A stretch of DNA of 64,000 nt, from contig CAWJTV010000011.1 in NCBI GenBank assembly GCA_963845755.1, positions 96,001 through 160,000 on the forward strand, written 5' to 3'. The notes under the pieces are model-generated. The model saw only the letters and a program-made list of their open reading frames with translations. It did not search any database and was not told where the DNA came from. The position numbers and the translations under genes were made by a program. This stretch comes from an uncultured Planctomycetota bacterium. GTDB lineage: Bacteria; Planctomycetota; Planctomycetia; Isosphaerales; Isosphaeraceae. This document shows, in pieces, positions 55,367 to 64,000 of the stretch (position 1 is the stretch's first letter; every line of letters starts with the position of its first letter).

Positions 55367-56068
55367 ATGACCCTCAGTGCATCCCTGCCCGAACAGACGA
55401 CGCCCGTTTATTGCACGGACGAGGACATCCTCGTGCATGCCGGCGGCGACTTCATCACGCTCTGCCCTCCCTGGCAACAAATGGCCGCTGGAACCGATGG
55501 GAGCTTCGCCTCTGGGACTCCGTGGGTGCTGACCTCGGCTTCCGTCGACTTCGCCGCAAACGGAGTAAGTGCTAATCAAGTGATCTGGCTGACGGCGCCG
55601 AAGACGCAGTACCCCGGCGGCGGCCAGCTCCTGGCGATCGACAGCGTTTCGGGCAACTCCATCACGCTCAGACGACCGCACAAGGACCTTTACGTCGGCC
55701 AGCCGCCGGCACCCGCCTCGGGTTTGACCACGGTCGCCTTCACCATCAACACCCTCGACCCCCAATCCGAAGAAGCCAGCTTCGACCTCAAGCGACGGTT
55801 CGCCATCGACGACACGGTCGGCGGCGACTTCAGCCGGTCGAGTTCCTGGGTCTACGATCTACGCGACCTCCGGATGGCCACGGTCCTCTCGGTCCTCCAT
55901 GACCGCTACACGCAGGAGACGCGCACGGACAAGGGCGACTACGCGATCAAGATCAAGCGAATCGACCAGCAGCTAAACGACGTCCTGTCTCGCGTCCAGG
56001 TGCGCTGGGGGCCGTTTGGCAATTCGGCCGAGCCGTCCACGCTTTTTAGCTGCAAGCTGAGTCGATAG
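55367..56068 (+). CDS. Head-tail adaptor-like protein
   Basis: N-terminal VYCTDEDI, helical C-terminus; position after the capsid. Confidence 0.55.
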   Translation: MTLSASLPEQTTPVYCTDEDILVHAGGDFITLCPPWQQMAAGTDGSFASGTPWVLTSASVDFAANGVSANQVIWLTAPKTQYPGGGQLLAIDSVSGNSITLRRPHKDLYVGQPPAPASGLTTVAFTINTLDPQSEEASFDLKRRFAIDDTVGGDFSRSSSWVYDLRDLRMATVLSVLHDRYTQETRTDKGDYAIKIKRIDQQLNDVLSRVQVRWGPFGNSAEPSTLFSCKLSR

Positions 56069-56149
56069 TTCCCAGTTCCCAGCGAATGCCGATGCACCAG
56101 GATTCGCTGGCCACGCGTAACCAGCAACCCCAAGAAGGGACCTTTTCCC

Positions 56150-56608
56150 ATGGCTGCCTTGCAAGGCCAGGTCGCTTTCGGCGCCGGCGCGACCTGCCCG
56201 CTCAGTGCCGGGATCCCCAGGACTCCGGTCTCGGTCTCGGCACCCAGCAACCAGCGGCTCAAGATCCTCGGCTACGGATTCTTCTTCGACGGCACTCTCA
56301 ACTCGGCCCAACCGGTCGAGATCGACATCAAGAGGGCAACGGCCGCGGGGTCCGGCACCACGGCGACTCCTCAGCCTAATGAAGGGGAACTTACCGAGAC
56401 GTTCCAGTCTTCCTGGTTGATCGATTGCACGACTGAGCCGACCTACACCAGCACATTGAAAACGATCACGGTCCACCCCCAACTTGGCTACGAGTACCTG
56501 GCCCCGGTCGGCCAGGAGATCATCGTCAAAGGGGGCGGCATCCTGGGATTCCAGGCGAACGCCCCGGCGGCGGTGAACATTCGCGGTTATGTGATGTACG
56601 AGGAGTAA
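56150..56608 (+). CDS. Putative virion structural protein
   Basis: 152-aa beta-rich ORF in the morphogenesis cluster. Confidence 0.5.
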   Translation: MAALQGQVAFGAGATCPLSAGIPRTPVSVSAPSNQRLKILGYGFFFDGTLNSAQPVEIDIKRATAAGSGTTATPQPNEGELTETFQSSWLIDCTTEPTYTSTLKTITVHPQLGYEYLAPVGQEIIVKGGGILGFQANAPAAVNIRGYVMYEE

Positions 56609-56612
56609 GCCG

Positions 56613-57473
56613 GTGCCGACCATTCGTGGCACCCTTGACAGCGCGGCCCCGAACACGGGCGTGCCAAACCGCGCGATCTCGATCCGTGGCACCATCAGCA
56701 ACGCGGGCAGCGGCTCGTCGGTCGCGAGACCCGTCGCTCGGCACGGTACGCCGCTGTTCCGCGGCGAGGTCCGGCTGGGCACCTTGGTGCTCAGGGCTCC
56801 GGTGAATGAGGTCCAGTATCATGTCTACAGGAACAGCGCAGGCAGCAGTCCGATCAACTACGGATCCCCGGCCGCGACCGTCTTGGCCACCACCTGGACT
56901 ACCGGAACCCTAGAAGCGCCTGGCACTTGGCTATTTGGAGTCCGGGCGTTCAACGACGGCGGCGAGGAGCAGAATCTCGACTGCGCCGTCGAGATTGTGC
57001 TGGACGCCACCGGCAACGACATCACCAACATCCCGCTTCCACCCACTGGACTCAGGACTTTCGCGACTTCTGGTGGTGGCATTCGGGTCGAGTGGTGGTA
57101 TCCCGCGACGCCAGGTCCAAGGGCACCGACGGGGTTCCACGTCTATGTGAGCGGCCACGCGTCCTATGGGGCCGTGCCGAACATCGTCGTGCCGGGCAAT
57201 TCTGCCGCCGTGAATGACGGCTCCGTCACGGCCACGGGCAAAGGGGCGACCCCGAACTACTCCACACCGGCGGCGACCGTCCTTTACAGCGCCGGCATCT
57301 TCAACACTTTTCAATCCAATCTCGACAGCCTTTCCGACGGCATCCAATACACCGTCGGGGTTCGGGCTTTCAACGCATCTGGCGAAGAACAGAACACCAC
57401 GGTCGTCACGGTGACGGCCGATGCCACCGGGCCAGCGGCCGTCGATTCGCTGACCGCCACAGCGATCGTGTGA
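56613..57473 (+). CDS. Tandem fibronectin type III-like domain protein
   Basis: Two repeats: YHVY...GVRAFNDGGEEQN and FHVY...GVRAFNASGEEQN. Confidence 0.65.
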   Translation: MPTIRGTLDSAAPNTGVPNRAISIRGTISNAGSGSSVARPVARHGTPLFRGEVRLGTLVLRAPVNEVQYHVYRNSAGSSPINYGSPAATVLATTWTTGTLEAPGTWLFGVRAFNDGGEEQNLDCAVEIVLDATGNDITNIPLPPTGLRTFATSGGGIRVEWWYPATPGPRAPTGFHVYVSGHASYGAVPNIVVPGNSAAVNDGSVTATGKGATPNYSTPAATVLYSAGIFNTFQSNLDSLSDGIQYTVGVRAFNASGEEQNTTVVTVTADATGPAAVDSLTATAIV

Positions 57474-57491
57474 TCCAGAGGATGCGACTCC

Positions 57492-58981
57492 ATGTCAGTG
57501 AATCTGAACAACCTTGCGAACAACGTTTCCGGCTTGACGCTGGCAAATGCGTACACAGCCGGTTCCGGAAGTTTCATGCTCACATCCGGCGGCAGTATGT
57601 TTCCCGCCGCACCTTGCCGCATGACGGTCATCACGGCGGCAACCTATCAGACGCCCGCCGAGACGTTGACCATCTACGAGGTCACGGGTATCGCCGGGAA
57701 CGTCATCACGGTCTCCGGCGCGATCGAGGGTACGACCGATCGCAATTATGCTGTTGGCGACAAGGTCGATCTGAGGCTCACGGCGGGCTCGGTCAACGAT
57801 CTGAATACATCGTTGACGCCCCTGATCGAGACCGTGGCGGCCACTGGCTCGACCCAGGGCGGCGCGGCGGCACTGGCGGCGTCGAGCTTCTTTGCCACCG
57901 AGGGCTTCCACCTGATCACGGCCAGCGCTGCCGCTGGCGTCGTGCTCCCGGCGATTACCTCGGCAGGCCACAAGTCCACCGTCATCAACACGTCGGCGTT
58001 CGTGATCACCGTCTACCCCAATGGCAGTCAGACGATCAATGGCGGCTCTGGGGGCATGGGCATCACCATCCCAGCCGGCGCGACAAAGACCTTCGTCTCC
58101 TCGACCACATCGAACTGGCAGACATCCGGAGCCGGCGTCACGGTCTTCGGCACGGCGGGCGGCTCCGCCGTTGTGAACGCCACATATACCGTGCCTGCGG
58201 GCTGCACAACGCTCCGCATGATCGCCATCGGAGCCGGGGCCGGCGGCGGTGCGGGCGGCGTCGGCGCCAACAGCACATTCGGCGGCAACGGCGGCGCCTC
58301 CGGCGGCTACTCCGACGCGACCTACATCACGTCCGCAATCCCCAGCACCTTCACGGTGAACGTGGGCGCTGGCGGCACGGGGGGCGCCGGCGGCACGAGT
58401 GCGACCGGCAATAGCGGGGCGCCGGCTCGGGCAATAGCACGGTTTCCAACGTCAACCTCTTCCTTTCCGCGTCCTGTGCGGCCACGGGCGGCGGCGGCGG
58501 CGGTGCATCCGTCGGTGCGACGTCGAACGCCGGCACGTCGAACTTCTACGCGGGCGCCGCTGGCGGCCTCTCGACGGCGGGCAACGGCAACGGCGGGACC
58601 AATACCAGCTCCCTCGCGCCCGGTTCCGGGGGCGCCGGTGGTGGGATCAGTAGCGGCGGCGTCGCGGGTAACGGCGGCGGCGGCGGGGCGATGGTGCGCG
58701 TCCAGGCCAACGGTGGTGCCGGCAGCGGCGGTGCGGGCGTGGCGAGCGGGACCCCGAACGCGGGCACGGCGGCTCCGAACCCGGGCGGCATCACCCTGAT
58801 GGCCATCGGTGGCGGTGGCGGCGGCGGTGGCGGCGCCAACAGCGGCGGCAACGGCGGCAACGGCGGCGCGGGTGCATTCCCGGGCGGCGGCGGCGGCGGC
58901 GGCGGTGCTGGCTTCACCGGAAACAGCAGTGGTGGCGGCGCCGCGGGCGCGAATGGGATCGTGATCTTCATCGCATCCTGA
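57492..58981 (+). CDS. Glycine-rich tail-fibre-like protein (frameshifted)
   Basis: GAIEGTTDRNYAVGDKVDLRLTAG; YTVPAGCTTLRMIAIGAGAGGG; C-terminal GGGGGG...GANGIVIF. Confidence 0.7.
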
Positions 58982-59024
58982 GCCCCTCGACCGAAACCCA
59001 ACCCCGCACCTCGAGGGAATCTCC

Positions 59025-62000
59025 GTGCCCAGCCACGTCCCCAACCAGCTCGCGCCGAATACGGCCGTCCCCGGCGCGCTGCCCGTCCGCGCTCTCGACG
59101 CGCGGTGCCGAACCGATTCGTCCCCAACCAGCTCGCGCCGAACGGCCCGGGGCAGGCCGCGATCGTGCCGGTGTATTTCCTGGCGGGCGCGGCGACAGGC
59201 GCTCCGGGCAGCGCGCGTTTGTCGTGACGCTCACTCCGCAATCGATGTCCGGTACTGACACGGTGACGCTCTCCGACGGCGGCGCCGGTGGGACATTTCT
59301 CCCGTCGGCGACTCTGGCGATCACGGCGGCGACGCCGGCTCAGGCGATCTCGTATATTCCGCCGGCCGTCGGCGGCTTCTCGATCACGGCGAGCAGCCTC
59401 GCCGGCTACCAAGTCCGCGGCAATCCCCAGACCATCTCTGTCTCCGCGGAGATCTACCCGAATCTTGAGCTTGGGCAACTGCCGAATGGGCTTCCCTCGG
59501 TCTACGTTGACCAGACTGGGCAGCTCGTCTACTTTCTCGTCCAGCAAGACCACGGCGGTTCTGCGCGGCCGCTGTTGCATCTGCTGCTGCGAACGTCACT
59601 GGAGGTAGTGTCGCCGGGTTCAGTGTTATTTCGGGCGGCTCTGGCTACTCCAGCAGCACGCCCCCATCCGTCTTTCTCGCTGGCGGTGGAGGCACAGGCG
59701 CCACGGCGACGGCGACGGTCTCGGGCGGTGTCGTGACCGGGATCACTGTGGTCAACCCCGGCGGCGGGTACACGTCGGCGCCCACCGTGACGATCTCGCC
59801 AGCACTGCCGTCGTACGTGACCTCGGTCTCGGCCAACCCCACGATCTACAAGAACGGCGTCGCGCAGACGCTGCCGATGATCGTCAATACCATCGCGGTC
59901 ACCGCCGGGGGCCATTCGTACACGCTGGCTCCCGTCGTCACGATCACACCGGCATCCGGGGACACGACCGGCACGGGGGCGACCGCAACCGCCACGCTCT
60001 CGGGCGGGTCCGTCTCCAGCATTACGATCACGTTGCCGGGAGCCTGCTACACCAAGCCCCCCACCGTCACGATCACGCGAGCATCCGGGGACACGACCGG
60101 CACGGGGGCGACCGCAACCGCGACGATCGGGCCGTTCTGGACCAATTCCAGCCACCAGTGGCCGTATGTGGTCTACCAGCTCCCGACCCAGGCCAGCTCG
60201 ACCGACGTCCTGACCTTCAGCGCGCCATCCGGATGGCTGACGACCAGCGCCGGCTCGCTTCCCGCCGTGACTCTGGCCCCGATCACGAATTTCGTGGGCC
60301 AGCTGGAGACGGCCCCGGTCGGCTGGGGGTATTGCTCGTTCGGGACCAACCACGGCGTGATGGGGCTCGGCATCAATGTCGCGTGGCCCAACTCCGACAG
60401 CAGCAGGCCCTATTACCAGTCGCGGAACTGGATGCACCGGGCGACGCGATCCTGGGCGCCGCCGGCAATGTGCCGAACGCCGTCACGATCGACGCGGGGG
60501 GGCACCCCACGGCCATCGTCGCGGCCAACGGGACCGCGTACGCAGGGATGATTTCCACCCTGTTCAATTCGGTGAACACCCAGGGCCTGGCGACGGTCAA
60601 TGGGGTCTGGAGCTTCATCGCCACGGAGAATGCCGGCGGCCCGCTTTACCCCACCGCCACCCCGATGGTCGTGTCGCTCACGGGCACCCCGCTAACGACC
60701 GTCACCGCGCTGCCGGGGTCGCCGACCGGGACCAGCCCCGGGACCAAGGTCTGGCAGTGGCATGTCCACACGCCCAACGGCACCGGGGCTGCGTATGCGT
60801 GCGGGCTCACGCTGGAGGTCCAGACCCCCGGCGGCGGCCCCGGCCCGTGGACCCTCTCGGACGAGTGGTTCCTGACGCCGCAGGCGTTCGCCCCGGCCCC
60901 GGTCGGCGACATCAACGTCACCGCCTATGGCAGCGGCTACACGGCACCCACGGCGACGCTGACCGGCGGCGGCGGCACGGGCGCAACCGCGACCGTCGGG
61001 GCGCTGGCCAACGGCGCCATCATCGCGGCGACGGTCACCAGCGGCGGCACGGGCTACAACGCGAACGCGCGGCCGACGGTCACCGTCTCGGGCGGCGGCG
61101 GCACGGGCTTCGCGGCCTTCGTCAATATCCTGGGCGGCGCCATCGCCAGCGTCGTGGTGTCGAATTGCGGCTCGGGATACACGAGCGCCCCGACGCTCGG
61201 GCTCAGCGGGGGTTCCGGTACGGGCGCGGTCCTGACCGCCGCCGCGCCGGTCAACGGCGTCATCACCAGCATCTCGGTCGGCAATCCCGGCTCGAATTAC
61301 ACCTCGTCGCCCGCGGTGACGATCGCGGACGCCACCGGCTCGGGCGCGACCGCATGGGCGCTCCTGCTGTGCCGACCCCAGAGCACGAACGTCTCGGATG
61401 CGGCGGCGCCCGACCCGAGCGTCGTCGCGATGCTGACGACCCCCTCCGGCAAGACCCCGACGTTCTGCCGGTTCATGGACGTGACCCAGACCTTCGACAA
61501 CGAATCCAACGTCACCGACGCGGACGACCTGATCCAGCTCACGGATTTCTCGTGGGTGAGCCAGCGGCTGCCGGCGGCCACCGCCACGGTCGCGGGCAAC
61601 GCCGTGACCGGGCTCACGTTCACGTTCACGGGCCAGAACCTCTCGTCGGCTCCCGCGGTCGTCTTCACCGGCGGCGGCGGCACGGGCGCGGCCGCGACCG
61701 TGACCGTCGCCGGCGGCTCGATCACGGGATACACGATCACCTCGGGCGGCTCGGGATACACGAGCGCGCCGACGGTTGCGCTGGTGGGCGGCAATACCAC
61801 CAACCTGATGCGCACCTTCGCCATTACCCAGATCGGGCCGTACACGCCGAACAAGGTTTACGTGTCGGACAACTGGCCCGGCACCACGGCGTCAGCGAAT
61901 TATCCGGCAAGCGATCCGCTCCCGTACTACTGGACTCCCACGTCGCCCACTTTCCTGGACTCCTGGTATCAGGGAGGTAATAGCAGCAATTCCTGGGCGG

Positions 62001-63478
62001 CCGAAGCAACGACCGCATTGCCCCACGGCCTCAAGACGGGACAGCAAATCTCCTGGGTCGGCACGGTTGGCGGCACGATCACGGTTCAGGCGCCGGGCGG
62101 CAACGCGGTCAACGTTACCCCTACGACTGCCAGTACCCTCGCGGTATACGTCACCAGTCCGACCACGTTCGCTTTCTGGATGAACTCGAACTCGCTGAAC
62201 AAGGGGTTCGGGATCGCGAGCGTCACGTCCGCGGCGGTCTCGTGTCGCCCTGGTCGGCACCGTCATCGTCCCGGACCAGGGCGTCGTGGCGTACGAGGTC
62301 CCGGCCGACTACTCCAACTATCTGCCGGGCAGCAACCTCCACATCAACATCCCGCACAATGCGACGCTCGCGTGCACCCAGGCCATCGCCGTGCGGCGTG
62401 CTCGCGGTCGTCTCGCCGGACGTGCTGATCGAGGTCGAATTCACGAACGAGCACTGGGACAACACCTTCGTCCGCAACAACATACTGTGGAGCTACGGCA
62501 ACATCTCGGGGCTGTTCCCCACCTCGTCGACGGTCCTCGACCAGATTTACACCCTGAGGGCCTCCCAGGTCCATCAGGCGTTCTTTGACGTCTTCGACGC
62601 AGCAGGGCGCGGCAACCAGATCATCCGGCTATTCGCCGGATTCTGGGTTGAGCCGATCGTCACGACGAATATGTGCGCCTATGCGGCGGCGAACAACATC
62701 CAGATGGATGCCATCGTGATCGCCCCCTATCCGGGCATCCCCAGGGATATACCACTGATCTCAGCCGGCGCCCTGCTGGCGACCTACAGCGCGGACAGCG
62801 TCCTGTTTGGAGCGACCTCGCCGTGGACGCGGCCCATGATGTCCTCGGTCCTCCGGCATCACACCAAATACGGTTCGGACTCAAACCTCTGGGCACAGCA
62901 CGCGTCTGCGATCACCCAGAACTACATCGGTGCGGGAGCGCCCGCCACGCGCTTTGGCCGGTTCCCGGTCATCGGCTGCTACGAGAACTGCGCTCACCCC
63001 CCTCATCCCGACTGGCGTGGACCTGTTCAGTTCGGACGTCAATTCGGTGAGTTTGCGGTCGCAGTTGACGTTTGACCTGCGCTACGACCCGTCGCTCTAC
63101 TCCGCCCAGCATGCGCTCTACGAGTCGGCACAGGACGGCGGGGCGACCTATTGCATCCATTACAACTTCTGCGGGGCGAACAGCACGACGGCCACGCAGT
63201 ACGACGGCCCCAGCGCCCTCAATTATCCCCTCTATACCTGGCTCGGCCAGTTGTGGGGCTACGGGGACGGCTCCGACGGCAAGCCGGTCAACCAATTCGC
63301 CGCGCCCACTTTCGTCACTGCTCATGACTATCAGAACGTCTCGGTGATGGGTCAAGCGTGGCGCGACTGGGCGGACGCGGCCAACACAGCGTTGTTGCCA
63401 CGCCGTGCGAGCAACACGTTGACGAATTGTCGGTGGTTTCCGAAATTGCAACGCCCTGTCGCCCGGATGAGAGCATAA
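59025..63478 (+). CDS. Large fibre/spike-like protein with [10 protein letters not shown] repeats and a glycoside-hydrolase-like domain (several frameshifts)
   Basis: Repeated [12 protein letters not shown] units; [25 protein letters not shown] motifs across successive frames. Confidence 0.6.
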
Positions 63479-63487
63479 GAGGTTAGG

Positions 63488-63943
63488 ATGTCCAGAGAAC
63501 GCGACGTTCGGAACGCCTTACAGACGGCCCTCCTGGCGACCGGTTCGTTCAGCGACGTGTGGCTGAGCGGGCTTCCCGAGGCTTTCGGCCATGGGGTCAG
63601 CGACCTCACAGCGGCGGCGATTGAGCCAGTTGCGAGCGAATTCAGCGCGGGCTGGGATTCGGCTCCCGGTGGCTCGCTCGATTATACGACCACTTTGCGC
63701 GTGACGTTGCTGGCGCGACATCCGGACCCACAACTTCGCGATGAACTCGCTGAGCAACTCCTGAACTATTTGAACGACGCCGTGAACGGACAGGCACTCG
63801 TACCTGGGTACACCGTTCCCCAGAAGACGTCGGTGACTTCTTGGCAATGGCAGACCGCAGTACCCCCGGAACGGCGCATTGTGGCGGTGGCCAGCATCTC
63901 CTACCTGGTCGAAGGTTGGGACAACTTCGACGTCTCTGAATAA
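63488..63943 (+). CDS. Tail terminator/completion-like protein
   Basis: MSRERDVRNALQTALLATGSFSDVW..., 151 aa, typical size and position. Confidence 0.55.
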   Translation: MSRERDVRNALQTALLATGSFSDVWLSGLPEAFGHGVSDLTAAAIEPVASEFSAGWDSAPGGSLDYTTTLRVTLLARHPDPQLRDELAEQLLNYLNDAVNGQALVPGYTVPQKTSVTSWQWQTAVPPERRIVAVASISYLVEGWDNFDVSE

Positions 63944-63955
63944 GGGTTCTAGTTC

Positions 63956-64000
63956 ATGTCAGCAACGGCACTTCAGCTAAATTGGAGTTCTGTCGAGTTC
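63956..64000 (+). CDS. Start of next structural gene (possibly tail tube), truncated
   Basis: ATG TCA GCA ACG GCA CTT CAG CTA AAT TGG... open to the window end. Confidence 0.35.
   Translation, partial: MSATALQLNWSSVEF

Larger units (their letters stand above)
42370..64000 (+). mobile_element. Phage-derived head/tail morphogenesis cluster (GTA-like element or defective prophage), continues beyond window
   Basis: Co-oriented portal, scaffold, capsid, adaptor, fibre-like and tail-terminator-like genes; no integrase or replication genes at the left boundary. Confidence 0.8.

Noticed and set aside
3097..63478. Numerous frameshifts (ExeA, TolC, MFP, RND, rsmH, LysM, hydrolase, ABC, fibre genes) read as mass pseudogenisation or programmed frameshifting
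   Set aside because: They hit housekeeping and phage-like genes alike, are single-base and come without accumulated stops, which fits uncorrected long-read indel errors better.
1..64000. tRNA, rRNA, integrase or att sites
   Set aside because: None recognisable by eye; a tRNAscan/Infernal run would be needed to exclude small RNAs.

Overview
High-GC bacterial DNA whose gene content (DUF1501, YXWGXW-repeat protein, rsmH next to a LysM protein, paired TolC-like proteins) suggests Planctomycetota, probably Isosphaeraceae-like. Many genes, including rsmH, carry single-base frameshifts, most likely assembly errors. Positions 1-11 kb and 16-42 kb hold ordinary chromosomal genes: ExeA-like ATPase, amino-acid permease, RND efflux locus, Lhr-like helicase plus phosphoesterase, rsmH-LysM, hydrolase and ABC exporter. 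The main signal is a phage-derived particle system split over two loci. (i) A head/tail morphogenesis cluster runs from ~42.3 kb past the window end (HTH/Zn protein, papain-like peptidase, holin-like proteins, portal, glycosyltransferase, scaffold, major capsid, adaptor, fibre-like proteins, tail terminator). No integrase or replication genes are visible, and only a decayed terminase remnant sits in front of the portal. (ii) A separate terS-terL pair lies at 12.9-15.7 kb on the minus strand. Both loci are preceded by the same ~120-bp upstream sequence (35/38-nt core plus an A/T tract at equal spacing), suggesting a co-regulated, domesticated, GTA-like system. The terL carries an intein that appears to contain an HNH/zinc-finger endonuclease gene overprinted in another reading frame. 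A TIGR04255-led three-gene module next to terL may be a toxin-antitoxin-chaperone or defence cassette. All family assignments are from motif recognition, not database searches.
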